DNA of 62,404 nt, filler included, from Planctomycetota bacterium (GTDB lineage Bacteria; Planctomycetota; Planctomycetia; JALXBF01): the NCBI GenBank assembly GCA_026991575.1. It is 8 parts of 8 records of this genome, joined end to end, with 100 filler letters (N's around TTAATTAATTAA, not from the genome) between each part and the next. Parts side by side here need not be neighbours in the genome. Positions count along the whole stretch, not along the records: positions 24,118 to 35,215 come from JALXBF010000138.1; positions 35,316 to 39,620 come from JALXBF010000140.1; 6 more parts are not named here. One strand, given 5' to 3'. A program made the position numbers and the translations under genes. The notes beneath the pieces are model-generated. The model ran no database searches, was not told where the DNA came from, and was given only the letters and a program-made list of their open reading frames with translations. Positions 29,232-38,920 of the stretch are shown here, one piece after another (position 1 is the stretch's first letter; each line of letters starts with the position of its first letter).

Positions 29232-29581
29232 AGTTGCCTTACCCAGTGATCTTGCTGTCGTGAGGAACCATTAAGTTTAGGAAGTTGACAAGCGCCTGCG
29301 TAGCGGCAGCGGTTCTGTCAGGGACGACGGGCCAGCCGATCCAAGCGCGAACGCCGCCTCTGGAGCCTCTGCCCGCTACGGCCTTCGTCTCTCTTCGGTG
29401 CCGCCCCCCGCGGGCCGGTGTTCTCCATCCTGCTGGCCCGCGCGCCAGTGCGGCTGCTGGCACCAGCGCCGCCGTGCCGTGCAGCGCCTCAAGCTGTACA
29501 CCTTCGCGGTGGTGGCGACAACATGTGCCCTGGTGGCTGCCCTTGACGGGACGGTGCGGCTGAGGTATCTGCTAGTCGGTC

Positions 29582-30556
29582 ATGGCAAGCCACCTCGCAC
29601 GAGCGTGTGCGGTCAGTTCCAGCCAGGTCGGAGGGCGAACCGTGAGATCGGCCAGTGTCATCCTCACGTTGGCCACGGCAATCGTTGCGCTTGCTGCCTC
29701 GGACGCATGGGCTCAGGCACGTAACGGTAGTAGCACGAAGCGGCGGCTCTTCGAGTTGCCATCCCTGTCGATCGGCAAACGGCGGCCGCAGACAAGCACC
29801 GGCTATGAGCTGACACGACAAAACGGTCCTTACATGGTTCTGGTAACCACGTTCCTGGGACCGTCGGCCAGGGCCAACGCTTTGAGGCTGGCCAGGGAGC
29901 TGCGCCAGGACTATGGCATCGACGCGTACATCTACGAATGGACCGGCAACAAGGCTACCTCTCAACTCATGCCCAAACGCCTCGGGTGGTTCAGCCGGTT
30001 GAACCAGGTAGCCGTTCTCGCCGGCAACTTTCAGTCGATGGATGGCGCTGCCCAGCGGGCCCTGCGCCGGATTAAACGCCTCCAGCCGAAGACACTCAAG
30101 GACCAGGGACCGTTCCCCCTGCGCGGTGCCATCCTGGTGTACAACCCGCTCATTCCCCCCAGCCTGCGGCCGAAGCGGAAGCAACGGGACGAGCTGTTGG
30201 CCAAGATCAACCAGGGGCCGTACAACATCATTCACTGCAAAGGCAAGTACACGATCCAGGTTGCTGTCTGGACCGGACAGGTGCTGGTCGGCCCAGAGGC
30301 AGATAAAGAGCTGAAGCCGTCCCAGAAACTGTACGAAGCGGCCTCCAACGCCGAAGAGCTCGTGCGGCTGCTGCGCAAGGCCGGCTACGAGGCGTACGTC
30401 TACCACGGCCGTCAGGTTAGTGCCGTTACGGTCGGTTCATTCGACCGCACCGATGATCCACAGATCGGTGCGCTGATCCAGGAGCTGGCCGGCAAGAAGT
30501 TCGGCAAGCACCGGCTTCTGAAGCTACCGGTCCTCGTGCACACGCCGGAGATCTGA
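29582..30556 (+). CDS. Exported hypothetical protein with two SPOR-like domains
   Basis: Signal peptide; YMVLVTTFLG..ANALRLARELR and YTIQVAVW..AEELVRLLRKAGYEAY..VTVGSF. Start uncertain. Confidence 0.6.
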   Translation: MASHLARACAVSSSQVGGRTVRSASVILTLATAIVALAASDAWAQARNGSSTKRRLFELPSLSIGKRRPQTSTGYELTRQNGPYMVLVTTFLGPSARANALRLARELRQDYGIDAYIYEWTGNKATSQLMPKRLGWFSRLNQVAVLAGNFQSMDGAAQRALRRIKRLQPKTLKDQGPFPLRGAILVYNPLIPPSLRPKRKQRDELLAKINQGPYNIIHCKGKYTIQVAVWTGQVLVGPEADKELKPSQKLYEAASNAEELVRLLRKAGYEAYVYHGRQVSAVTVGSFDRTDDPQIGALIQELAGKKFGKHRLLKLPVLVHTPEI

Positions 30557-31243
30557 GCAGTTCTTCTTCGGCTGCGAGCCGACTTCTTCCGGCTGACACC
30601 ACCGGTAGCAACAGTCGCTACCTTCCACGGCGACACCGCGCCGCTTGAGCTCGTCCCAGACGAGCTTGCCCAACGGATTGGTGCCTCGGCTCAAGTAATC
30701 GGCCAGGTGAGCATGCAGGCACTTGACGTGCTCGGGCCGGGTGATGCCGGCCAGTCCGGTCTGGAACAGGATCCACCGCTGGCGGGCCAGCGACGGATCC
30801 TGTTCCAACCTTGCCCGCCAGCATGACGGCAGCAACGCGCGGCGCAGCGAACAGATCTCCGCATGAACCCGCTCCAGCTGCGACCGTAATCGTTCGTCCC
30901 GGCTGACCTCTTCCTCGAGCCGTTGGATCCAGCCTTTGGCCTCCAGTTCGTCAACGGCACGGACGAGCAGCGGACAACTCAACCAGAAGACCGAACTCTC
31001 CGCCGCGATTGTCTGGTCGACGATTCGCAGGGGGGTGCAGAGAAACGCCTGCGGGTAGCCGTGACGGCAACGACGCGTGATGCCCAGCATGAACGTTGCG
31101 CGGTGCCGGAGCTGCTTCCGCTCAACCACCTCGCGGTCCAGTTCGCTCGGTACCTCGAACGGAATCGGCCGCTGTTGCGGTGGCGGCGGGCTGTCGGGCA
31201 CGACACGATACTCGTGCGGTCGCTGGGGACGCTTGCCGGTCAT
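30524..31243 (-). CDS. DUF501-family protein
   Basis: RCRHGYP, FWLSCPLL..VDELEAKGWI, GLAG...VKCLHAHLADYL, NPLG. Confidence 0.75.
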   Translation of the reverse strand: MTGKRPQRPHEYRVVPDSPPPPQQRPIPFEVPSELDREVVERKQLRHRATFMLGITRRCRHGYPQAFLCTPLRIVDQTIAAESSVFWLSCPLLVRAVDELEAKGWIQRLEEEVSRDERLRSQLERVHAEICSLRRALLPSCWRARLEQDPSLARQRWILFQTGLAGITRPEHVKCLHAHLADYLSRGTNPLGKLVWDELKRRGVAVEGSDCCYRWCQPEEVGSQPKKNCSDLRRVHEDR

Positions 31244-31357
31244 CTGCGTTGTCCTGAGTCACGGTCCAGAAGAAACGCGGATCGCCGAGCCGACCGGCCC
31301 GTGCTGTAACAATGAATGCTACTGTCTTGGTCTGGGCACCGTTGTGGAGGAACGGAC

Positions 31358-31969
31358 GTGACCATCGTGCTGGCGACCAGAAACCGCAAGAAAGCCGAGG
31401 AGTTGCTGGACCACCTCGCTGACTTGCCGATCACGTTCCGAACGTTGGCCGAGTATGCGGATGCTCCGCAGGTGGTTGAGGATGGCGACTCCTTCGGGGC
31501 GAACGCACGCAAGAAGGCGATCACGGTCGCCAGGGCGCTGGGGCTGTATGCGCTCGGGGAGGACAGCGGTCTGGCAGTCGACGCACTCGGCGGTCGCCCC
31601 GGGATCTACTCGGCGCGGTACGCCGGTCCCGACGCGAGCGACGATCAGAACAACGCGAAGTTGCTCGAGGAGCTACGCGGTGTGCCGCTGTCCAAGCGCA
31701 CGGCGCACTACGTATGCCACATCGCCGTCGCTGCGCCGGATGGTACGGTGGTGGCGGAGGCGGAAGGGCGCTGCCATGGCCTGATCGGTGTTGAGCTCCG
31801 CGGCACGCAGGGCTTTGGCTATGACCCGTTGTTCATCATTCCGGAGTACCACAAGACATTCGGCGAGCTGGGCCTGACGGTGAAACGCTGGCTCAGTCAC
31901 CGGGCACGAGCGTGTGAACGGATTCGTCCGAAGTTGCTGCGGTTGGCGTCACGTGCCAGCGATCCGTGA
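31358..31969 (+). CDS. rdgB: Non-canonical purine NTP pyrophosphatase (RdgB/HAM1)
   Basis: LATRNRKK, NARKKA, EDSGLAVDALGGRPGIYSARYAG, GFGYDPLF, SHRARA. RBS GGAGGA. Confidence 0.95.
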   Translation: MTIVLATRNRKKAEELLDHLADLPITFRTLAEYADAPQVVEDGDSFGANARKKAITVARALGLYALGEDSGLAVDALGGRPGIYSARYAGPDASDDQNNAKLLEELRGVPLSKRTAHYVCHIAVAAPDGTVVAEAEGRCHGLIGVELRGTQGFGYDPLFIIPEYHKTFGELGLTVKRWLSHRARACERIRPKLLRLASRASDP

Positions 31970-31974
31970 CCGCG

Positions 31975-32781
31975 CTACTCCGGAACGCGGCGACCATAGC
32001 GGAGCGACAAGGGGACTTCTAGCCCGTGTTTCTCCATGAGCCTTTCATCCCCCAGCAGTTCCTCGGCCGGTCCGTCGGCAAACAGCCGGCCGTGATCCAG
32101 CACCAGCACACGCTCGCAGAGCTCGAGCACGAGTTCCAGGTCATGGGTCGCAATTAGCGTGGTGCGCTCTAGCGAGCGGATCAGCTCGATGAACTGGCGA
32201 CGGGCGCGGGGGTCCAGGTTGCTTGTCGGCTCGTCCAACGCGACGATCTTCGGATCACACGCCAGCACGCCGGCAAGGCACACCCGTTTGCGCTCGCCAA
32301 AACTGAGATGCTGTGGCAAGCGGTCCTCGTAGCCTTCCAGGCCGACGGCTGCCAGTGCCTCGCGTGCGATCCGGACCGCTTCCTCCGTACTGTAGCCCAG
32401 ATTCCGGGGACCAAAGGCGACGTCCTCCAGGACCGTCGGACAGAAGAGCTGGTCGTCCGGATCCTGGAACAGCAACCCGACCATGCGGCGCACTTCAGGG
32501 TAGTTAGCCTCCACCACGGGTGTCTCGTACACCCAGACACGTGGCTCGTCCGTGTGCTGGTGCTCTGGGACCGGAAAGTCATGACTGTGTGCGTAGCGAC
32601 GACGTCCGGGCAGCACGCCGTTAAGGTGAAGTAACAAGGTTGATTTGCCGGCCCCGTTCGGCCCGATGATAGCCACCGATTCTCCTTCGGTGATTTCGAA
32701 CGAAATCGACTCCAGGGCCATGCGGCCGTCTGGGTAGTGGAACGTAAGATCCGATACGCGGAGGGCCAGCGGTCTAGTCAT
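31975..32781 (-). CDS. cbiO: ECF transporter ATPase (NikO/CbiO)
   Basis: GPNGAGKST, FQDPDDQLF, DVAFGPRN, LSFGERKR, LDEPT, ATHD. Confidence 0.9.
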   Translation of the reverse strand: MTRPLALRVSDLTFHYPDGRMALESISFEITEGESVAIIGPNGAGKSTLLLHLNGVLPGRRRYAHSHDFPVPEHQHTDEPRVWVYETPVVEANYPEVRRMVGLLFQDPDDQLFCPTVLEDVAFGPRNLGYSTEEAVRIAREALAAVGLEGYEDRLPQHLSFGERKRVCLAGVLACDPKIVALDEPTSNLDPRARRQFIELIRSLERTTLIATHDLELVLELCERVLVLDHGRLFADGPAEELLGDERLMEKHGLEVPLSLRYGRRVPE

Positions 32782-33457
32782 GGGTGCTCGGTGTATTCTC
32801 CCCACCAGGCTTGCGGCCGGCTGCTGTCACCATTCGTGGCGCGATCGGTTCCGGCCAGCCGTTCTCTGGCTGCCAGCCGCGGGCGATCATGGCAGCGTAG
32901 ACCCGCTCACTGCGTTCAAACGCTCGCACCACCAGCACGGCGAGGAACCATCCCATGTCGCGCAGCTCAGCGAACAGGTTCGGATGAAAACTCCGGCACT
33001 CCCGGGCTCGTCTCATGCGCTGGAGTTCATCCACGAAGACCGACCCATAGCGGTGCATGAATGCGGCGGTGGCCAGCAGCAGCGAGGGCAGGCCAAGCCG
33101 ACCGAGGGCATGGAGCAGTGCCGGCACCGGCGTGGTCGCGGTCAGGACAAAGACAACCGCGACGGCCAGCGTAATCCGTACTGCAAGTTCGACGGCCTTA
33201 AGCCAGCCGGCCTGAAACCCGCTGGAAAGCAGGAACAAGAGGGCAAAACCGAGGATGGCCGGCAGCACGACGAGCCACCGCTTCAGGAACTGGAGCAAAC
33301 TCAGCTGGCTGTACCACCACAGTACTGCCACGACCAAAGCCACGCCGGCCAGGAGCCACCAGCGCTGGAAGGTGCCTGCTGAGACGGCAATCAGGCCGAT
33401 CAGCGCAAGGCACACGCGCCAGCGAGCATCCTGTCGGTGAACCATCACCGATATCAC
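32774..33457 (-). CDS. cbiQ: ECF transporter T component (NikQ/CbiQ)
   Basis: TM helices, TATTP, RYGSV, MRRARECR, RAFERSERVYAAMIARG. Start uncertain (33457 or 33445). Confidence 0.88.
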   Translation of the reverse strand: MISVMVHRQDARWRVCLALIGLIAVSAGTFQRWWLLAGVALVVAVLWWYSQLSLLQFLKRWLVVLPAILGFALLFLLSSGFQAGWLKAVELAVRITLAVAVVFVLTATTPVPALLHALGRLGLPSLLLATAAFMHRYGSVFVDELQRMRRARECRSFHPNLFAELRDMGWFLAVLVVRAFERSERVYAAMIARGWQPENGWPEPIAPRMVTAAGRKPGGENTPSTHD

Positions 33458-33482
33458 AGGTTGTGTGCGTCCAACCGGAGGA

Positions 33483-34433
33483 TCAATGGTGACTCGTCGG
33501 ACCTTCCAGCCGGCGGGCGCGGACGGCGAGGATAGAGGCGAGGGCAAAGGTGAGCAAGACCCCGACGGCCGATGCGATAGCGCCCCCAATGGCCGCATTC
33601 TGGAACACGGCCAGCGAGTAGTCCGGCATCGGGGCCGGGATCAGCGGCTCGTCTGCTTGCGGTTCGACTGACAGACGCGCCATCGTTGCCTCCAGACCAT
33701 CAGGGAGTGTCGAGGCGAACGGGGCCAGGATGATGGCGACTGTTAGGGCCACGATCAGACCTACTGCAATTACCTGGCCGGCCCGTTGCAACCGGCGTAG
33801 CGGCTGGCCCTGATAAATCAGGTCAGGCCGCAGCGTGGCCAGATAGCCGACTGCCAGGCCTGTGACCAGCGCTTCACCCACGCCGATGATCGCGTGCAAC
33901 AGGAGCATGGGGCCGAGCACCTGGCTCAAGGCAACGTCGGGTCGGGTGGCAAGTTCGACCGCGCATGCGAAAGCGCCCAGGAACAGCGACAGCCAACCTG
34001 CCAGCGTGGCGCCGGCGACCAGGCCAGCCCGGCCCGGGATCCGGCGGCGCGTTTCGTCCATTACCAGGTACGCCACCGCGCAGCCAATGACGGCAACGTT
34101 CAGCAGATTGGCGCCCAGTGCCAGCACGCCACCGTCCTGAAACACCAGCGCCTGCACCGCGAGCACGACCCCCATGACGACCATACCCCCCCAGGGGCCA
34201 ACGACCGCTGCGGTCAGCGCCGCGCCGAGCGGATGGCCCGAGACGCCTGCCGCGATCGGGAAGTTGAGCATTTGAATGGCGAAGACACAGGCGGCGAGCA
34301 CGCCCAGCAGGGGGGCAACGCGCTCGCCCAACTCCCGGCGCACCCTTACGGTCGCGTAACCGAGCGCTGTTGCTGACACGGCTGCAGTAGCAGCCAGGGT
34401 GGCAGGGGGAAGGACCGTTTCAGGTATGTGCAT
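33483..34433 (-). CDS. cbiM: ECF S component NikM/CbiM fused to PDGLE (NikN-like) domain
   Basis: N-terminal MHIPE metal-binding motif, QMLNFP, SGH, QALVFQDGG..LGAN, IGVGEA, ASTLPDGLE. Confidence 0.9.
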   Translation of the reverse strand: MHIPETVLPPATLAATAAVSATALGYATVRVRRELGERVAPLLGVLAACVFAIQMLNFPIAAGVSGHPLGAALTAAVVGPWGGMVVMGVVLAVQALVFQDGGVLALGANLLNVAVIGCAVAYLVMDETRRRIPGRAGLVAGATLAGWLSLFLGAFACAVELATRPDVALSQVLGPMLLLHAIIGVGEALVTGLAVGYLATLRPDLIYQGQPLRRLQRAGQVIAVGLIVALTVAIILAPFASTLPDGLEATMARLSVEPQADEPLIPAPMPDYSLAVFQNAAIGGAIASAVGVLLTFALASILAVRARRLEGPTSHH

Positions 34434-34512
34434 AGTCGCGATCTCCGCCCCAGGGATACCGATGCACGCTGCCGAACCGAGCGCGGCGGGTCCGCTCACA
34501 TCGCCGCTTATT

Positions 34513-35214
34513 CTATTCCTGCGCGATGCCGGTCAGCTTGCTCAAGAACGAGAGTACCTCCTGCCAGCGGCTGGCGGCTTGCTCGAAATCCACCGCCATG
34601 GCCTTCACCGTGCGGCTGTCGAAGAACAGATGCCCTTCAGGTGGGGTGCTGTTGGCCTGCGGGCGACGCAACGGGATGTGGCCGCTGGGCCCCTCAGCCA
34701 GGGCTGCTTCCACTTCGGGCCGCAGGAGATAGCGGACCAGCTGCACGGCTTCCGATCGGTGTGGGGCCTGTTTGATCAGGGCGACGGTGGTCGGAATAAA
34801 CAGTGTGCCCACGCCCTGCTGATCGGGGAACACGATCTCGACCGGTGCCCCACGACGGATCTGTCCAAGGGCGTCGTCGGTGTCGGTCAGCCCGACCGGG
34901 ACCCGGCCGGCAGCTACCGCCTCGGCCACGTGACGATTGCCTGGAACCACCATCGGCTCGTTCTGCCAGAGTTGCTCAAGCCAGTCGCGTGCCTGTTGTG
35001 GTCCCATCTGTTCGAAGAGGCACACCATGTGGGTGGCGGTCGTTCCGAACAGCGGATTGGCTATCGCAAAGCGTCCCCGCCAGCGGGGCTCAGCCAGTTC
35101 GACGACGGTCTGCGGGTATTCATCCCGGGTCAGCAGCCTGGTGTTTACCAACAGGATGCGGGCGCGCGCGCCCAGGGCGTGCCAGGTTGCGTCCGAGGCG
35201 CGGAACGTGTCAGG
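34513..35214 (-). CDS. ABC transporter substrate-binding protein, Fe3+ (AfuA/FutA)-like (5' truncated)
   Basis: ARARILLVN, WRGRFAIANPLFGTTATH, GLTDTDDA, FPDQ..GTL.IP. Confidence 0.8.
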   Translation of the reverse strand, partial: PDTFRASDATWHALGARARILLVNTRLLTRDEYPQTVVELAEPRWRGRFAIANPLFGTTATHMVCLFEQMGPQQARDWLEQLWQNEPMVVPGNRHVAEAVAAGRVPVGLTDTDDALGQIRRGAPVEIVFPDQQGVGTLFIPTTVALIKQAPHRSEAVQLVRYLLRPEVEAALAEGPSGHIPLRRPQANSTPPEGHLFFDSRTVKAMAVDFEQAASRWQEVLSFLSKLTGIAQE

Positions 35215-35316
35215 ANNNNNNNNNNNNNNNNNNNNNNNNNNNNNNNNNNNNNNNNNNNNTTAATTAATTAANNNNNNNNNNNNNNNNNNNNNNNNNNNNN
35301 NNNNNNNNNNNNNNNG

Positions 35317-36615
35317 GACTACCGCAACCGGCTGACGTCGGTGGTGCACAAGGATGGCCAGGGCAATGTGCTGTGGACTGAGACGTACGTCTACGATGCG
35401 TTCAACCGCCGGATCGCCTTCTACGAGGACCCCGACGGCCCGGCTGGCCCTGAGCCGGAGCGGTTCACGTTTGTGCTGCATGACCTGGCTCAGCCTCCGA
35501 CGGCCGAGCAGGTCGCCCAGGGCGGGCTTGCCCCGTATGTGGATGGCATCTACGAGAGCGCGATCTTCGCGGCCAACCCGATTGCCGACTTCACGGACCC
35601 GGACACTTCGGACGGCATCACCCCACAGCTCACCGAGCGCCGCCTCTACGCCGCCGCCATCGACTCCCTCCTTGCCCGCGAAGACGCACTGGGCGAAATC
35701 ACCTTCGACCTCACCGACTACCTGGGCAGCGTACGCGCGTGGACCGATTCCTCAGGCGCGATCCTGGAGAGCGTTGCCTATGAGGCCTTCGGCCTACCGA
35801 TTGGCGGCTGGTCAAGCAGCTCGCGGTTCGGGTACAGTGCAAGAGAACGGCTAGTGCCGGGGAAGTGGCACCTTAGAGCGCGTGCATTGGATGCGCGCTC
35901 GGGAAGGTTCAGCACTGCTGATCCCCTCGGTTTGCCCATTGTTGAAAAAGGTTGCGGCGAGTACACACACCTTCCTGAGGCCAACCGATACAGGTACGCC
36001 CTGAACAGACCAGCGGACACAGTCGACCGTACTGGACTAGCGCCCACCCATGTGCCAGGGTACGATATCCCAATCGCTCCTACGTTGAGCGCCGCTGTGG
36101 CCCCTCGCTACACCGTCGTGTTGGACGGCGGCGGCTTCTGGCAGCGCCTGCTGCGGTTCCTTGGGCTGGGTCCGAAGGACAAACCTGGCCCGAAGCCGAA
36201 GCCTACCAGCAAGCCAAGCAAAGGAGAGATTGCGGCGAAAGCCGGTGCAACGGCGGTAGAGACCGTATTCGCTCCGCCTGGTACGAGTGAGGCAAAGGGC
36301 GCACTGGAGGTGGCGGCCGAAACGGTCGATGCGCTCAAACCGCATTTCTGGCGACAAAGACGCGCGGAGGCGCTCGCGAAGTGCGCGGATCGGGTGTACC
36401 CGACAGACTGTTTTGGGCTCATTGCCGACTGGGTCAACTCAGCTCAGGCAACGGGCAAATGGGAACCTCGTCCAGATGTCTGCAAGTGTCTACGGCGAAT
36501 TCGAGACGACCTAGCCCGAGGAGACCGAAGCTGCGGGCTAAGCGGCTTGGCTGGAGCCGAGACAGGAAAGTGGCTCGCGGTCTTGGAGGCCCGGGCGTGT
36601 GGGCGCGCCCGTTAG
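35317..36615 (+). CDS. Rhs/YD-repeat polymorphic toxin, C-terminal part with variable tip (5' truncated)
   Basis: DYRNRLT, YDAFNRRI, TDYLGSVR, YEAFG, RFGYSARE, SGRFSTADPLG, NRYRYALNRPADTVDRTGL, followed by a tip of about 190 aa. Confidence 0.9.
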   Translation, partial: DYRNRLTSVVHKDGQGNVLWTETYVYDAFNRRIAFYEDPDGPAGPEPERFTFVLHDLAQPPTAEQVAQGGLAPYVDGIYESAIFAANPIADFTDPDTSDGITPQLTERRLYAAAIDSLLAREDALGEITFDLTDYLGSVRAWTDSSGAILESVAYEAFGLPIGGWSSSSRFGYSARERLVPGKWHLRARALDARSGRFSTADPLGLPIVEKGCGEYTHLPEANRYRYALNRPADTVDRTGLAPTHVPGYDIPIAPTLSAAVAPRYTVVLDGGGFWQRLLRFLGLGPKDKPGPKPKPTSKPSKGEIAAKAGATAVETVFAPPGTSEAKGALEVAAETVDALKPHFWRQRRAEALAKCADRVYPTDCFGLIADWVNSAQATGKWEPRPDVCKCLRRIRDDLARGDRSCGLSGLAGAETGKWLAVLEARACGRAR

Positions 36616-36662
36616 TGACGTGCGAACCCGAAGGCTGCGAGCTCTCGGCAGAGGATTGGTCG

Positions 36663-38720
36663 ATGGCAGCGAAGATGAGTATCAGTGGCGCCGTTGCGAC
36701 CGGGGCGGCGGCAATCTTAGCTGGTGCTGCGCTTGTGGCGACGCACTCTAGCCGGCCGTTCCTTCACGCTAAGCTCGTTTGCCGAGTCACCCTTCCGGAG
36801 CAACGTATCTACCGCCTATCGCCAGATACGGCCCTCCTGGAGGCTCCGGGAGCTTCATCACTTAGTCCTGGGCCGTACTGGCTCGTCCGGAACGCCACAG
36901 CCTGCGAGGTCCGAGTCTCCGTGGAGGCACCAGACAGAGAGCTCATCGACCTCTACCCGCTCGCCTTGCTCTCGACAAACCCGGCCACGCTGCTAGTGGC
37001 CGGTGACGGCGAGTTCTACGCGGACCAGATTGACGATGGCGTCCTTACGCTGAGCGAAGATACTCGAATTTCTTTGTCTCTACCGGAAGACCAATCTACG
37101 CCCTCGGCGCCCATATCTGAGCGTCGGGCATTCGCTGCCGCGCCGCTAAGCGACGGGCGATACCTGGGCATCCTTTTTGGGTTTGACGAGACGACGGTTT
37201 TCGCCGCTTACAAGCGACAGGACGGCAGGAGATATACTCTTGTTGAGTGGGCCCGCGTACCCTTCGGCCACTGGGTCTGGCCAGTAGACAGGGACAAGCC
37301 AGCCTGGATGGTCTTGGGTAAAGACGGGCGGCTCAGCGTGTTCCGCGCAGAAATCGGGAGCGAGCTGACGCTTCACCTCGGCGAGGCGGTGTGGCACGCC
37401 AGCTACGACCGGTCGTCATCACGTCTTGCCTGGCTAAATGCCAGAGGCGAACTCCGCCTTGCAGTGGTGAGCGACACCGTTGTGAGGAGAATGCTCGTGC
37501 CCCGGCTGCGCGGGATTGCCTTGCTGCTCGGCGCCGGGCGGCTTGCGCTGGTCAACTCGACAGGGGCTATAACTGCATACCAGCTCCCGGATTTTTCCAC
37601 GATGTGGACTCATCAGCTGCAGGTTTCAGCCCCCACGCTTGTGACGCCGATAACGTGGTCGGCGGAAACTCGGGTGGTACTAGTCGAGCGAGGGAAACGG
37701 GCGACACGCGTGACCATCTTGCCCGACGACGAGGAGATAGGGCTGTCCTTGCCAATTGGACGCGGCGTGGCCGCATTCTCCATCACGCCGTCCCCCTTTG
37801 ATCGTGACGCCGTCTTGCTGGGGTTGCAGCAGTACGGGTACGTACTGTGGTCGCCTAACAGCAATCTCCTTCGAACGACGCCGTACATGTCTCTGCTTGG
37901 CACGTATCCGACGTTCTACCTTGGAAGAGAGCGGCTATGCTTCATGGATCCCGCCCGTGGGAGCTGGGAGGAATGCGCCCCAACAGTCGTGAGCCGGCCA
38001 TTGGCGCTCTCCCCCGGCCTGAGAAGAGCCCTGTTGGAGTGGAAGGAACCCATGCACAGCGGGCAGAACAGCGTGCAAAAGCAGTTCCTCCTTGCATGGG
38101 ACATTCCCACATGGCGAGTGCTCGACTGCGTGCAGGTGAGGTGGTACCGTTTGCGTGATGCTAAACGTGCCCGCGCCGGTTCCAACTACGACTGCTGTTG
38201 GTTGGATGATCAGAAGCTAGCATACATGGACGTGCGCGTTCCAGCATCGAGCCCGAGGGCGCGACAACTTGAGGGCACTTTGAGGCTATTCTCCTTTGAC
38301 GACAAACGGCTCGTTGACATCCAGGAGTGTGGCAAGTTCCGCGTCGCGGAGCCGTCGGGCCCTAGTCGGCTGCTCGCGCGGGTGGACTCCCGGACCCTGG
38401 CGGTGGCCACATTGACCGGGCTCTTTACTGTAACGGTTGATGGTGGAAAACACAGGGTGCGATTAGTGGAAACCGGGGCCTTCACGGGTGTGTACGCACC
38501 GGCAGCCGGGAACAGCCTCCTGGCGGTCGGGCCCACACGTGACGGGGGTGAGCGGGTTGTCCTACTCCATGCTGAGGACAAGGGAGGCCCCAACGGGCGT
38601 TGGGAAATCAATGTTCGACCAGGCTACTTCTCCACGGCGGGATGGACTCAGAATGGCAGGTATGTAGCCATTGGCACCAGCCGCGAAGTCCGACTGTACC
38701 ACGTCCGACTTGAACGTTGA
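36663..38720 (+). CDS. Large exported beta-propeller-like protein directly downstream of Rhs
   Basis: Hydrophobic N-terminus, WD40/TolB-like blades (PLALSPG, LLAWD, AGWTQNGRYVAIGT..VRLY). Alternative GTG 36615 overlaps the Rhs stop (TAGTG). Confidence 0.7.
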   Translation: MAAKMSISGAVATGAAAILAGAALVATHSSRPFLHAKLVCRVTLPEQRIYRLSPDTALLEAPGASSLSPGPYWLVRNATACEVRVSVEAPDRELIDLYPLALLSTNPATLLVAGDGEFYADQIDDGVLTLSEDTRISLSLPEDQSTPSAPISERRAFAAAPLSDGRYLGILFGFDETTVFAAYKRQDGRRYTLVEWARVPFGHWVWPVDRDKPAWMVLGKDGRLSVFRAEIGSELTLHLGEAVWHASYDRSSSRLAWLNARGELRLAVVSDTVVRRMLVPRLRGIALLLGAGRLALVNSTGAITAYQLPDFSTMWTHQLQVSAPTLVTPITWSAETRVVLVERGKRATRVTILPDDEEIGLSLPIGRGVAAFSITPSPFDRDAVLLGLQQYGYVLWSPNSNLLRTTPYMSLLGTYPTFYLGRERLCFMDPARGSWEECAPTVVSRPLALSPGLRRALLEWKEPMHSGQNSVQKQFLLAWDIPTWRVLDCVQVRWYRLRDAKRARAGSNYDCCWLDDQKLAYMDVRVPASSPRARQLEGTLRLFSFDDKRLVDIQECGKFRVAEPSGPSRLLARVDSRTLAVATLTGLFTVTVDGGKHRVRLVETGAFTGVYAPAAGNSLLAVGPTRDGGERVVLLHAEDKGGPNGRWEINVRPGYFSTAGWTQNGRYVAIGTSREVRLYHVRLER

Positions 38721-38920
38721 AGGTCGGTGGTCCCCACAGCTGCGTTTCAGTCTTTGTGCCGGCTGTAGCGGTGGGGCGTTTGCTGCATGTGCCGGCCGGA
38801 CGATGATGGAAAAGCTCGCTATGCCAGCGGTGCGTTTCCCGGATTCAGAGGCTCTTGGGTCGAACCGCTTGCTGCGACCGGAGGGGAAGGCCTAATGTGC
38901 CCCACTCGGTACACGTAAGA

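Noticed and set aside
18872..34433. Functional link between larC and the Ni/Co ECF transporter
   Set aside because: They are on different contigs and larC is a pseudogene.
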